DNA of 64,000 nucleotides from an uncultured Lachnospiraceae bacterium (GTDB lineage: Bacteria > Bacillota > Clostridia > Lachnospirales > Lachnospiraceae), in assembly GCA_964483395.1 (NCBI GenBank), contig CAZABT010000001.1:21267-85266 (forward strand), read 5' to 3'. Positions 34,167 through 44,322 of the stretch are shown piece by piece. Position numbers and translations under genes: made by a program. Under the pieces are notes generated by a model. The model did not search any database and had not been told where the DNA came from. It saw nothing but the letters and a program-made list of their open reading frames with translations. Positions within the stretch are counted from its first letter, which is position 1. Every line of letters starts with the position of its first letter.

Positions 34167-34173
34167 TGTCGAA
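34167..34173 (+). promoter_or_regulatory. perfect Spo0A-box heptamer TGTCGAA
   Basis: Exact match to the Bacillus 0A-box consensus TGNCGAA, about 40 bp upstream of the rfbB -35 element. It is a single copy, so support is weak. Confidence 0.3.
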
Positions 34174-34208
34174 AAAGCGCCTCTGCGAGCGTAAGAGATG
34201 TGCTTTTT
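34172..34208. terminator. weak bidirectional terminator-like hairpin (A5-stem-T5)
   Basis: AAAAAGCGCCTCT..AGAGATGTGCTTTTT. The stem is imperfect, with one mismatch and one G-U. Confidence 0.3.
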
Positions 34209-34210
34209 GG

Positions 34211-34239
34211 TTGTAATATCCGGCAGTTAATGTTATAAT
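34211..34239 (+). promoter_or_regulatory. strong promoter of the rfbB-led operon with extended -10
   Basis: TTGTAA, 17 nt, TGtTATAAT. About 38 nt upstream of the rfbB ATG. Confidence 0.75.
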
Positions 34240-34277
34240 ACTACGAGATTATGTAAATTGACCGGAGGAGAAATCAT

Positions 34278-35351
34278 ATGAGGACTTATTTGGTAACAGG
34301 CGGAGCCGGATTCATTGGTTCAAATTATATTCAATATATGTTTCATAAGTATGATCAGGAGATTCGCATCATCAATGTGGATGCACTGACCTATGCGGGT
34401 AATCTTGAAAATTTAAAGAATGTAGCAGAAAGGGATAATTATACCTTTATTAAGGCTGATATCTGCGACAGACAGGCAATCGAAGCGATTTTTGCCAAAT
34501 ATGATATCGACAGAGTGGTTCATTTTGCAGCAGAAAGTCATGTAGACAGAAGCATTAAGAACCCGGAGATATTTGTACAGACGAATGTTTTAGGCACACT
34601 TGTGATGCTGAATTGCGCAAAGAAGGCATGGGAAACCGAGGAAGGCTTCAAGGAAGGAAAGAAATTCCTTCATGTATCGACGGATGAAGTGTATGGCTCA
34701 CTGGAAAAGGAAGATGAATATTTCTACGAGACGACTCCTTATGATCCGCACAGTCCCTATTCAGCCAGCAAGGCATCCTCTGATATGATTGTAAAGTCGT
34801 ACATTGATACCTTCAAGTTCCCGGCAAATATTACAAACTGCAGTAATAATTATGGGCCGTATCAGTTTCCGGAGAAGCTGATTCCACTGATCATCAACAA
34901 TACCCTTCAGGGCAAGAAGCTTCCAGTATACGGTGATGGCAAGAATGTGCGTGACTGGCTTTATGTAGAAGATCATGCCAAGGCTATTGATATGGTGCAG
35001 GAGCAGGGCAGACTCGGACAGACCTATAATATCGGCGGACATAATGAAAAGCAGAATATTGAAATTATCCATATCATTATTGATACCATTCATGATATGC
35101 TTTCGGATTCTGATCCGAGAAAGGCACATGTCAATACAGATCTCATTACTTATGTGGAAGACCGCAAGGGTCATGACAGACGTTATGCGATTGCACCGGA
35201 TAAGATCAAATCAGAGATCGGCTGGCAGCCGGAAACCATGTTTGCCGAAGGTATTAAGAAGACAATCCAGTGGTATTTTGAAAATGAAGCATGGATGAAC
35301 AATGTCACCAGTGGTGATTACCAGAAGTATTATAAGGAGATGTATCAATGA
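34278..35351 (+). CDS. rfbB: dTDP-glucose 4,6-dehydratase
   Basis: [36 protein letters not shown]. Confidence 0.95.
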   Translation: MRTYLVTGGAGFIGSNYIQYMFHKYDQEIRIINVDALTYAGNLENLKNVAERDNYTFIKADICDRQAIEAIFAKYDIDRVVHFAAESHVDRSIKNPEIFVQTNVLGTLVMLNCAKKAWETEEGFKEGKKFLHVSTDEVYGSLEKEDEYFYETTPYDPHSPYSASKASSDMIVKSYIDTFKFPANITNCSNNYGPYQFPEKLIPLIINNTLQGKKLPVYGDGKNVRDWLYVEDHAKAIDMVQEQGRLGQTYNIGGHNEKQNIEIIHIIIDTIHDMLSDSDPRKAHVNTDLITYVEDRKGHDRRYAIAPDKIKSEIGWQPETMFAEGIKKTIQWYFENEAWMNNVTSGDYQKYYKEMYQ

Positions 35352-36217
35352 AAGGAATCATATTAGCCGGAGGTTCGGGCACAAGACTGTATCCGCTGAC
35401 CAAAGCTGTCAGCAAACAGATGATGCCGGTTTATGACAAGCCGATGATCTACTATCCGTTGTCTATTCTGATGTTGGCCGGAATACGGGAAATATTGATT
35501 ATATCGACGCCAAGAGACCTGCCGATGTTTGAAAATCTTTTCGGTACGGGAGAGCAGCTTGGCTTGAAAATGTCCTATGCGGTACAAACGGAGCCGAGAG
35601 GGCTTGCGGATGCATTTATCGTTGGTGAGGAATTTATCGGGAATGACAGAGTGGCTTTGATTCTGGGCGATAATATTTTTTACGGACAGAGCTTTTCCAA
35701 AATGCTGCGGGAGGTTGCAGCCAGAGAAAAAGGTGCAACGATCTTCGGATACTATGTCAGAGATCCGCGTGAATACGGTGTTGTGGAATTTGATGAGAAC
35801 GGTATGGCGATTTCCATAGAGGAAAAGCCGGAGAAACCAAAATCAAATTATGCAGTTCCGGGGCTTTATTTCTACGATCGGGATGTCGTGGAAATCGCCA
35901 AAAATGTGAAGCCCTCAGCCAGAGGGGAGATTGAGATTACAAGTGTGAACAATGCATATCTGCTGAGGGGCGATTTGCATGTACAGACATTGGGCCGTGG
36001 ATTTGCATGGCTGGATACGGGTAATCATGATATGCTTTTGGATGCGGCAGATTTTGTGGCGGCATTTCAGAAAAGGCAGGGTATGTATATTTCCTGCATC
36101 GAGGAAATCGCATACAGAAGAGGTTTTATAAACAGGGAGCAGTTGATTTCGCTGGCACAGCCGTTACTCAAGACAGAATATGGACAATATTTAATCGATG
36201 TGGCAAACGGGTTATAG
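35348..36217 (+). CDS. rfbA: glucose-1-phosphate thymidylyltransferase
   Basis: [51 protein letters not shown] overlap with rfbB. Confidence 0.95.
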   Translation: MKGIILAGGSGTRLYPLTKAVSKQMMPVYDKPMIYYPLSILMLAGIREILIISTPRDLPMFENLFGTGEQLGLKMSYAVQTEPRGLADAFIVGEEFIGNDRVALILGDNIFYGQSFSKMLREVAAREKGATIFGYYVRDPREYGVVEFDENGMAISIEEKPEKPKSNYAVPGLYFYDRDVVEIAKNVKPSARGEIEITSVNNAYLLRGDLHVQTLGRGFAWLDTGNHDMLLDAADFVAAFQKRQGMYISCIEEIAYRRGFINREQLISLAQPLLKTEYGQYLIDVANGL

Positions 36218-36238
36218 GAAATCGGAGGTAAGGAGTAT

Positions 36239-39064
36239 ATGACGGGAAAAGATAAGGGGAATCTTGACCGGATTTTAGAGGGAAATGCAGAACCGAAAAA
36301 GGTTCGAAGACGTGTCAAGAAGCAGCCGGAGAACAAAAAGACTTCGACAGCAAAAATGAAAAAGCAGCCACAGAAGGGAACGGCTGTAGATTATTATGCA
36401 AACACCGGCTACACACCGGGCAGAGAGTTGACGACAGATGATATCGGGCCGAGTAAATTCCGGCAGAAATCAGCTGACTGGATGTCTGACATGGAGGAGT
36501 CTGTGCGTGAGGAGCACAGGGCACAACAGGAAGGCTTTCAATTCGGAAAGTGGCTTAAATCCCGGACGCCGCTGCAGTGGGCAGCAGGCTTTATGGCAAT
36601 TGTGCTTTTGATTACATCTGTTACGGGTACGGTGGTATATGCAAATTATCAGGGAGAACAGAGGCTGACAGAGGCATTTGCAACTCTTGAGACTTATAAG
36701 GAACTGGCGGCAGCAACTGAGATGACCTCAGCGGTGCTGGAGACGGTTGAGGTGCCGTTGGCAATGGAAGAGGCGCCTGAACAGGAGGAAGCGGACGTGA
36801 AAACGCTTTCTCTTGTACTGACTTCTGTAGAAAAGGATCTGAAAATCAAGGTCGTAGACGGAGAAGATACTCTGGTCAAAGGTGTCCCATGGAAAGTCAA
36901 AGTGACGGATGAAGATGGCAAAGCTACAGAGCTTATAGATGATGATCAGGATGGAGTCATTCATGCAACGGACCTTTCGGCTGGAGATTATTCGGTTGCA
37001 CTGGTGCAGGATGATTCCGTTACAGACTATACATTCCCAACTGAGCCTATGACAGTAGCAGTGAAGGCAAAAGTAGAATATAAGGTGATTCAGGATATTC
37101 GGGATGAAATCAAGAAAGAATCAGAGATCAATGTGGCTGCCGAGGATACAGGCGGCAGACAGGCAGCAGATGTCGAGGCAGCTCCGGTACTGACGGATAC
37201 GGTGGAATTCGTAGAATCCACCAAGACGCCAAAGGGAACATCTGTGGACGGATATGAAGAGGCAAAACCGGCTTATGCGGGTGACCTTTCTTTGGCAAAG
37301 GTTCCGTCTCTGACAATGGCATTTGTCACGACCGTGTTTGACAGACTGCGTGCAGCAGCAACGACAAAGGTATCCTCGGATCAGATTTTAAGCATGCCGG
37401 TTGGTCTGCTGAGTACGAATCCGACCGTTTCAGCAAACGGTATTTCCATATCACCGGCCACCCTGACGATTGTGAAAGGCAGCACAAGCAATCTCAGTGC
37501 AGTGATCACACCAAGCAATGCAACGAATCAGAGTGTCAGCTGGTCTTCGAGCAATGATGCGGTTGCTTCGGTCAGCAATGGTACAGTTACAGCCAAAGAA
37601 GCGGGAACAGCGACGATTACAGCTTCTGTTGAGGGCATTTCCAATACCTGTGTGGTGACGGTTACAGCATCCACGACATATACATTTACGGTGACAGCTC
37701 CGACAGGACTGCGCGTAAAGGGAGCAACCGGAACCATGACTTACAGCGGCAGCGGAAGCAATGGTGAAACAATCAGCTCTGTCACATATGCGGGCTATGA
37801 TACCTCTTTGGTTTCCATTGCCAATCAGACAGTGACTTTACTCAAGGACTGCACGGCGGCAGCAACGACCACCTTTAATGCAACGGCGAAGTACAGTGAC
37901 GGACATCAAGAGACAAAGGCGGTGACGCTGACGGTTCAGCCGAATGATACGAAGTCTTTGACGGTTACAGGGGCAGATACGGTCAAGGTTGGAGAATCAA
38001 TTACCCTGACGGCACAGGTATCACCGACAACCGATACACTGAGCTGGTCGAGCAGTGATGCTTCGGTCGCAACGGTATCAAGTACAGGTGTTGTAACAGG
38101 TGTCAAGGCAAGCAGCAATAAAGTAACGATTTCAGTTACAAGCAGCAGCAATATCACAGCGAAGAAGGAAATTACGGTCACTGCGAAGGCCGCGGATGAT
38201 GCACAATTGTATGATTCTGAAAAGAATGCGTTGTATGTATTGGAAAACGGCACCTATAGACTGGCAAAATATAAAGATTATGCGGCAAATAAGACTCAGA
38301 AATTTTACAGAGCTGCCAAAATAGACGAATATCTCTACACAGGCTGGCAGACGCTTGAAGGCATTACTTATTATTTTAAGAAGGATAATACCAAAGTCAC
38401 CGGCGAACAGATTATTGGCGGAGTAAAATACAGCTTTGCATCAGACGGAGCTTTGTCACAGGGCTCTGGAACACTTGGCATTGATGTATCGAAGTATCAG
38501 CCGAATATCAACTGGGCATCAGTCAAAGCATCCGGCATCAGCTATGTTATCATCCGCTGCGGATATCGTGGAGCATCTACGGGTGCACTGATCGAAGATC
38601 CGTATTTCAGATCACACATCAAGGGAGCGAAGGCGGCAGGACTGAAGGTCGGCGTATACTTCTTTACGACTGCGGTGACAGAGGCTGAGGCAGTTGAGGA
38701 AGCCAGTATGTGTGCGGCATTGTGTTCCGGTTATGGCTTGAATTATCCGGTATTTATGGACTGCGAAAGCAGTGGCAGACCGGGCTATATGAATTTGTCG
38801 GCGGCACAGAGAACGTCTATCATCAAGGCATTCTGCTCAACCATTCGTTCGGCAGGTTATACGCCGGGTGTTTATGCAAATAAGACATGGCTTACAAGTT
38901 ATATGAATACCTCTGAGCTTGGCGGTTACAAGATCTGGCTGGCGCAGTATAACTCAACAGTGACCTATAAGGGCCGTTATGACCTCTGGCAGTTTACCTC
39001 AAAAGGCTCTGTCAATGGTATTTCAGGCAATGTAGATATGAACCAATCGTACCTTGGCTACTAA
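36239..39064 (+). CDS. membrane-anchored cell-wall hydrolase: basic cytoplasmic tail, single TM, Big_2 Ig-like domains, cell-wall-binding repeats, C-terminal GH25 muramidase
   Basis: TM at WAAGFMAIVLLITSVTGTVVYA. Big_2 segments (ISISPATLTIVKGST.., LTVTGADTVKVGES..). Repeats GWQTLEGITYYFKKDN..GGVKYSFASDGAL. GH25 motifs GIDVSKYQ..INW, YVIIRCGYRG, VGVYFF, DLWQFTS. Confidence 0.85.
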   Translation: MTGKDKGNLDRILEGNAEPKKVRRRVKKQPENKKTSTAKMKKQPQKGTAVDYYANTGYTPGRELTTDDIGPSKFRQKSADWMSDMEESVREEHRAQQEGFQFGKWLKSRTPLQWAAGFMAIVLLITSVTGTVVYANYQGEQRLTEAFATLETYKELAAATEMTSAVLETVEVPLAMEEAPEQEEADVKTLSLVLTSVEKDLKIKVVDGEDTLVKGVPWKVKVTDEDGKATELIDDDQDGVIHATDLSAGDYSVALVQDDSVTDYTFPTEPMTVAVKAKVEYKVIQDIRDEIKKESEINVAAEDTGGRQAADVEAAPVLTDTVEFVESTKTPKGTSVDGYEEAKPAYAGDLSLAKVPSLTMAFVTTVFDRLRAAATTKVSSDQILSMPVGLLSTNPTVSANGISISPATLTIVKGSTSNLSAVITPSNATNQSVSWSSSNDAVASVSNGTVTAKEAGTATITASVEGISNTCVVTVTASTTYTFTVTAPTGLRVKGATGTMTYSGSGSNGETISSVTYAGYDTSLVSIANQTVTLLKDCTAAATTTFNATAKYSDGHQETKAVTLTVQPNDTKSLTVTGADTVKVGESITLTAQVSPTTDTLSWSSSDASVATVSSTGVVTGVKASSNKVTISVTSSSNITAKKEITVTAKAADDAQLYDSEKNALYVLENGTYRLAKYKDYAANKTQKFYRAAKIDEYLYTGWQTLEGITYYFKKDNTKVTGEQIIGGVKYSFASDGALSQGSGTLGIDVSKYQPNINWASVKASGISYVIIRCGYRGASTGALIEDPYFRSHIKGAKAAGLKVGVYFFTTAVTEAEAVEEASMCAALCSGYGLNYPVFMDCESSGRPGYMNLSAAQRTSIIKAFCSTIRSAGYTPGVYANKTWLTSYMNTSELGGYKIWLAQYNSTVTYKGRYDLWQFTSKGSVNGISGNVDMNQSYLGY

Positions 39065-39102
39065 AGGAAGCAGGGTATAGAAAAATTTTATATAGGAGCG
39101 TA

Positions 39103-39669
39103 ATGAAAATGGGAAAGATAACAGTGGAGACTTGTCATATTGAAGGACTCAAGGTGATCACACCAACGGTTTTCGGAGACAAGCGGGGATATTTTATGGA
39201 GACGTATAACTATAACGACTTCAAGGAAGCCGGAATCGACATGGAGTTTGTGCAGGACAATCAGTCAGCTTCCAAGAAAGGAGTGCTTCGAGGTCTTCAC
39301 TTCCAGATTCATTATCCGCAGGATAAGCTTGTTCGTGTCATCAGAGGAGAGGTATTTGATGTAGTTGTAGATATGAGAGAAGGCTCTGCAACCTATGGTG
39401 AATGGTTTGGAGTCAGACTTTCAGAAGAAAATAAGAAGATGTTCTTTATCCCAAAGGGGTTTGCACATGGCTTTCTGGTATTGTCCGATTATGCTGAGTT
39501 TGCCTATAAATGTACGGATTTTTATCATCCGAATGATGAAGGCGGCGTACTTTGGAGCGATGAGGAAATCGGAATCGAATGGCCGATTGAAGAGGGTATG
39601 GAGCTTACGATATCCGAAAAAGACACTAAATGGGGTAAACTTTCATGTCTAAAAAAGCAAGAATCATAA
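39103..39669 (+). CDS. rfbC: dTDP-4-dehydrorhamnose 3,5-epimerase
   Basis: FGDKRGYFMETY, QDNQS.S.KGVLRGLHFQ, KLVRV..GEVFDVVVD.R, PKGFAHGF. Confidence 0.95.
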   Translation: MKMGKITVETCHIEGLKVITPTVFGDKRGYFMETYNYNDFKEAGIDMEFVQDNQSASKKGVLRGLHFQIHYPQDKLVRVIRGEVFDVVVDMREGSATYGEWFGVRLSEENKKMFFIPKGFAHGFLVLSDYAEFAYKCTDFYHPNDEGGVLWSDEEIGIEWPIEEGMELTISEKDTKWGKLSCLKKQES

Positions 39670-40628
39670 GCATTGTTTCGGTGTTCGTACTGGCACTGAA
39701 TCTATATATCATCCTGCACCACAATCCGCTGGCGGTGCAGAGTCAGGAAACGGTCAAAAAGGTGATTGCGTGTGTAATATTAAACGCAATCTACATTTTG
39801 TTTCTGGTTCTTTATGAGAAAATCGTGATTCTTCCGGTAGAACTTTATCAGAACAGAAGACTGATCTGGAAGCTGTCCAAGAATGATTTCAAGACTAGAT
39901 ATGCAGGCTCGTACCTTGGTATCGTTTGGGCTTTTGTGCAGCCGGTGGTTACAGTGGTCATGTACTGGTTTGTCTTTGCGGTAGCCATGCCGGCAAGGGC
40001 GGTAGCGGTACAGGGAGATATTGAGGTGCCTTATATACTGTGGCTGATTTCTGGTATCGTACCCTGGTTTTTCTTTTCAGAGGCTTTATCGAACGGAACG
40101 GGGGCTTTGCTGGAATATAATTACCTGGTGAAAAAGGTGGTATTCAAGATCAGTATTCTTCCAATCATTAAGATTATGTCCGCACTGTTCGTGCATATCT
40201 TCTTTGTGGTTTTTTCTTTGATTTTATTTTCATGCTATGGATATTATCCAGATTTATATACACTGCAGGTATTCTATTATTCCTTCTGTATGTTTGTGTT
40301 TGTTCTGGGCCTGTCCTATATCACATGTGCCATAGTAGTATTTTTCAGAGATTTGGGACAGATCATTTCGATATGTCTGCAGGTTGGCATTTGGGCAACT
40401 CCGATTTTGTGGAATATCAATACGATTCCGCAGAATCTGAGATTTATTTTTAAACTGAACCCGATGAATTACATAGTAGAAGGGTATCGTCTGGCACTGG
40501 TGGACAAGGCATGGTTTTGGGAGCACTTTTATTCCACAGCGTATTTTTGGATATTGACGCTGTGTACATTTGCTGTCGGTGCACTGATATTCAAGCGGCT
40601 GAAGGTACATTTTGCCGATGTTCTGTAG
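39645..40628 (+). CDS. ABC-2 type polysaccharide/teichoic-acid export permease (Wzm/TagG-like) with N-terminal extension
   Basis: LIWKLSKNDFKTRYAGSYLGIVWAFVQP is the ABC-2 signature start, followed by 6 TM. About 70 extra N-terminal residues carry 2 hydrophobic segments, so the start is uncertain. Confidence 0.8.
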   Translation: MSKKARIISIVSVFVLALNLYIILHHNPLAVQSQETVKKVIACVILNAIYILFLVLYEKIVILPVELYQNRRLIWKLSKNDFKTRYAGSYLGIVWAFVQPVVTVVMYWFVFAVAMPARAVAVQGDIEVPYILWLISGIVPWFFFSEALSNGTGALLEYNYLVKKVVFKISILPIIKIMSALFVHIFFVVFSLILFSCYGYYPDLYTLQVFYYSFCMFVFVLGLSYITCAIVVFFRDLGQIISICLQVGIWATPILWNINTIPQNLRFIFKLNPMNYIVEGYRLALVDKAWFWEHFYSTAYFWILTLCTFAVGALIFKRLKVHFADVL

Positions 40629-40698
40629 TCTGAGCGCATCAGAACAGAGGACATGGTTCTGTGTGCAGGGTAAGAAAAAAGTTGATCAGAGGTAAGAG

Positions 40699-41976
40699 AT
40701 GGAAGACAATATAGCGATTCGGATTGAACATTTGAATAAAGTATACAAGCTTTATAATCGTAACAGAGACCGGCTCAAGGAAGCACTTGGTCTGAGCAGG
40801 CATGTGAATTATAAGGAACACTTTGCACTGCGCGATGTGAGTCTGTCAGTGAAAACCGGTGAAACTGTCGGTATCATCGGAACAAATGGTTCCGGAAAAT
40901 CGACTATTTTAAAAATTATTACCGGAGTGCTGAGTCCGACAAACGGTGAGGTCAATATCAACGGCAGGATTTCTGCACTGCTTGAACTGGGTGCCGGTTT
41001 TAATATGGAATTTACGGGAATTGAGAACATTTATCTGAACGGAACCATGATCGGCTTTTCGGAGGAAGAAATTGATGAGAAGCTGCAGGATATTCTGGAT
41101 TTTGCAGATATCGGGGAGTTTGTCAATCAAAAGGTGAAGACTTATTCGAGTGGTATGTTCGTGCGTCTGGCATTTGCAGTTGCCATCAACATTGATCCGG
41201 AGATTTTGATTGTAGATGAGGCATTGTCGGTTGGAGATGTGTTCTTTCAGAACAAATGCTACCGCAAGTTTGAGGAGTTCAAGAAGCAGGGCAAGACAAT
41301 CTTGTTTGTCAGCCACGATCTTTCCAGTATCAGCAAATACTGTGACCGTGTGGTACTGCTTGAAAAGGGAGAGAAGATTTCAGAGGGAGAACCCAAGGAA
41401 ATCATAGATATGTATAAAAAAGTGCTGGTCGGTCAGCTCAACCAGTCTTCTGATACGAATAAAAGTGTTGCTTACAGCGGCGAAGGGCATTGGAAGGATC
41501 AGATGTCTCTTAACCCGAATCTTGATGAGTATGGGAGCGGACTGGCTGAGTTTGAGGATTACTGTGCCATTGATGCAGAAGGAATGATTACGAACAGTAT
41601 CATCAAGGGTGAAGAATGTACGATCAAGCTGCGTGTACGTTTCTTTGAGAAGATTCAGGACCCGATTTTTGCAGTATCCTTTAAAAATATGCAGGGTACA
41701 GAAATCACGGGAACGAATACAATGTTTGAGAAGGTCAATACCGGAGCGCCGGAGGCCGGCGATGTTATGGAGGCCTCTTTTACGCAGAATGTAGATCTGC
41801 AGGGCGGGGAATACTTAATCTCGCTTGGCTGTGTTGGCTATCGGGGAGGCGAGTTTACGGTGTATCACAGATTGTATGATGTATTTAACCTGACAGTGAT
41901 ATCCTCCAAGAATTCTACGGGATATTATGATATGAATTCTGAGGTCACAGTGAAGAAGATATCGGACAACCGGTAA
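40699..41976 (+). CDS. polysaccharide export ABC transporter ATP-binding protein (Wzt/TagH-like) with C-terminal beta-sandwich glycan-binding-type domain
   Basis: Walker A GTNGSGKST, signature YSSGMFVRLAF, Walker B ILIVDEALSVGD. An extra roughly 175-aa C-terminal domain resembles Wzt_C. Confidence 0.9.
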   Translation: MEDNIAIRIEHLNKVYKLYNRNRDRLKEALGLSRHVNYKEHFALRDVSLSVKTGETVGIIGTNGSGKSTILKIITGVLSPTNGEVNINGRISALLELGAGFNMEFTGIENIYLNGTMIGFSEEEIDEKLQDILDFADIGEFVNQKVKTYSSGMFVRLAFAVAINIDPEILIVDEALSVGDVFFQNKCYRKFEEFKKQGKTILFVSHDLSSISKYCDRVVLLEKGEKISEGEPKEIIDMYKKVLVGQLNQSSDTNKSVAYSGEGHWKDQMSLNPNLDEYGSGLAEFEDYCAIDAEGMITNSIIKGEECTIKLRVRFFEKIQDPIFAVSFKNMQGTEITGTNTMFEKVNTGAPEAGDVMEASFTQNVDLQGGEYLISLGCVGYRGGEFTVYHRLYDVFNLTVISSKNSTGYYDMNSEVTVKKISDNR

Positions 41977-42008
41977 TATGAGATTAATATAGCGGAAGGA
42001 ATCGGGAT

Positions 42009-44318
42009 ATGCGGGAACAGATCGGGAAAGTAACGTTGGATTACAGCAAATATCCGGGAGAGGATTATTACAGTGAGGGCATCAGTGAGGATGCCCTGCT
42101 TGATGTAGTCAGTCAATATGACGAGTCGGAGTATGATCATGTGATATTAAATACGAGGTCATGGCCGATGCTGTATCATCTTTCTAATGTCAGAACCAAT
42201 GTTGTGACATGGCTGCCGATCACCAATCAGCATAAGGTGTTGGAAATCGGCTCCGGTTGTGGGGCGATTACCGGTGCACTTGCGGATATGGCAGGCAGTG
42301 TCACTTGTATTGAGCTCAGCAAAAAACGCAGCATCATCAATGCAACAAGAAACAAATACAGAAAGAACATTGAGATTCTGGTAGGAAATTTTGAGGATAT
42401 AGAACCGGAATTGCAGGAGAAGTATGATTTTATTACATTGATCGGTGTACTTGAATATGCAGAAAGCTATATCAACGACAATACGCCGTATGAAACCTTC
42501 TTACGTAGAATAGAAAGTCATCTGGCTCCGGGCGGACAGATTGTCATTGCGATCGAGAACCAGTTCGGGCTGAAGTATTTTGCAGGCTGCAAGGAGGATC
42601 ATACAGGACGTTTTTTTGAAGGACTTGAGGGATACAGGCACACCTCGGGCGTGAGAACCTTTTCCAAGAAGGGAATGGAAGAAATACTGACCCGCTCCGG
42701 ACTGACAGGTGAGTTTTATTATCCTTATCCGGATTATAAACTTCCACATACAATTTATTCAGATGCACAGCTTCCGGCAGAGGGTGATTTGACGACCAAT
42801 GTTCGCAACTATGACGCAGATCGTGTGATTGCCTTTGACGAAGGCAGGGTTTTTGACCAGATTATTCGGGAGAAAATGTTCCCACATTATTCCAATTCAT
42901 TTCTGATATTGGCGGCAGCGGAAAAACCGATCAGAAAAGAACGAACAGTTTTTACAAAGTATTCTTCTGAGCGAAGGGACGAATTTTCCATACGCACCTA
43001 TATCACTGAAACGCCGAGTGGAGAGCGACATGTGTATAAGGCAGCGCTGACTCCGAAGGCGAATATCCATATTACGGATATGTCAAATCGGTACGGAACG
43101 TTTGAAACCTGCTATGCACATTCCAAACTGAGACCTAATAAGTGTACGGCATTGCTTAGAGACAATGAATCAGAACTGATTGCCGGAAAGCCGACGACAG
43201 CCAGAGCCAGAATAGAGCTGGAGTATTTGGACGGAGTCAATTTGGAAAAGTTTCTGGATACACTGCAGGAGAGCAGAGCCTATGACAGAATGCTGCAGAT
43301 GATACAGGAATATGTGGCAGAGGTGATGAAGACGGCCTGTCAGCTGCCATTTTCAACCTCGGCAAAGTTTGAAGCGGTATTTGGAAAATGCGGGCTTGCA
43401 GATGGCGGTGCCGCTGCAAATCCGTGCAATTTCGATCTGATATTTTCGAATATTGTACTGACGGGGGCGGATGCAGAACACGTCACCTGGAATGTGTTGG
43501 ATTATGAATGGATATTTGATTTTTTGATTCCCGTTAAATTTATTATCTATCGGGCACTGTTTTATTATCTGGAACGAGAGGAAGTTCAGAAATTTAAGCA
43601 GTATTTGGCGGAACAGAAGATCAATTTGTTTGATAGGTTTGAAATTTCAGAAGCGGAGTTGGAGATTTATTCTGAGATGGAGCATCATTTCCAACTTTAT
43701 ATCATCGGAGAGAAGGCTTCCTTGACACTGCTGAAGGCGATTATGCCGGCAGCAACGGTCAGCTTGGAACGTTTGGTGGAGTCAGGAACTTATCTCAGGA
43801 ATTTGCAGACACCAAAGGTATATTACAGTGCAGGAACTGATTTTGAAGGCAGCAATCAGATTATGACGCTTGCCGAGGTAGATGAGATGGCCAGAGTCAC
43901 CGTGAATATACCACTTGAAAACCGTATGCGATCTATTCGTATTGATCCGACAGAATATCCTTGTGTCGTACAGCTGCGAAAGCTGACCCTGATTACGGAG
44001 GAGGGCGAACAGGAGATCAAGCGTGTTCTGCTCAATGGGTATTTGATCTCTGATACAACATTTATATACGATACAGATGATGCGCAGATCATCATATGCA
44101 ATATACCCCGAAAAGCGCAAAGCTTACAGGTAGAGTACGAAGTGACGATGTTCAGACAGGACTTCTTCACACAGATTGTTGAAATGCTGAAACAGCAGAG
44201 AAGCCTGAAACAAAAAGAGCAGGAATCACTAAAGGAGCGCTTTCTGGTCAAATGCAGGCTGAAGAAAAGAGAAATATTACCGGAAGGATATTGCTACAAT
44301 AGGGAAGGCGAAGAGTGA
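42009..44318 (+). CDS. multidomain class I SAM-dependent methyltransferase with kinase-like middle region and C-terminal coiled coil (WbdD-like candidate chain terminator)
   Basis: Methyltransferase motif I VLEIGSGCGAITGALA, then GGQIVIAIEN. Later HVYKAAL, ELEYLDGVNL, CNFDLIFSNIVL and VLDYEW resemble kinase-fold lysine, hinge, catalytic loop and DxE. The tail is charged and heptad-like. Confidence 0.7.
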   Translation: MREQIGKVTLDYSKYPGEDYYSEGISEDALLDVVSQYDESEYDHVILNTRSWPMLYHLSNVRTNVVTWLPITNQHKVLEIGSGCGAITGALADMAGSVTCIELSKKRSIINATRNKYRKNIEILVGNFEDIEPELQEKYDFITLIGVLEYAESYINDNTPYETFLRRIESHLAPGGQIVIAIENQFGLKYFAGCKEDHTGRFFEGLEGYRHTSGVRTFSKKGMEEILTRSGLTGEFYYPYPDYKLPHTIYSDAQLPAEGDLTTNVRNYDADRVIAFDEGRVFDQIIREKMFPHYSNSFLILAAAEKPIRKERTVFTKYSSERRDEFSIRTYITETPSGERHVYKAALTPKANIHITDMSNRYGTFETCYAHSKLRPNKCTALLRDNESELIAGKPTTARARIELEYLDGVNLEKFLDTLQESRAYDRMLQMIQEYVAEVMKTACQLPFSTSAKFEAVFGKCGLADGGAAANPCNFDLIFSNIVLTGADAEHVTWNVLDYEWIFDFLIPVKFIIYRALFYYLEREEVQKFKQYLAEQKINLFDRFEISEAELEIYSEMEHHFQLYIIGEKASLTLLKAIMPAATVSLERLVESGTYLRNLQTPKVYYSAGTDFEGSNQIMTLAEVDEMARVTVNIPLENRMRSIRIDPTEYPCVVQLRKLTLITEEGEQEIKRVLLNGYLISDTTFIYDTDDAQIIICNIPRKAQSLQVEYEVTMFRQDFFTQIVEMLKQQRSLKQKEQESLKERFLVKCRLKKREILPEGYCYNREGEE

Positions 44319-44322
44319 CAAT

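Noticed and set aside
40640-40661. Small hairpins in the Wzm-Wzt spacer (TCTGAgcgcaTCAGA; CAGAAC..GTTCTG), considered as a terminator.
   Set aside because: The stems are short, no U-tract follows, and the two genes must be co-expressed. This is probably incidental.
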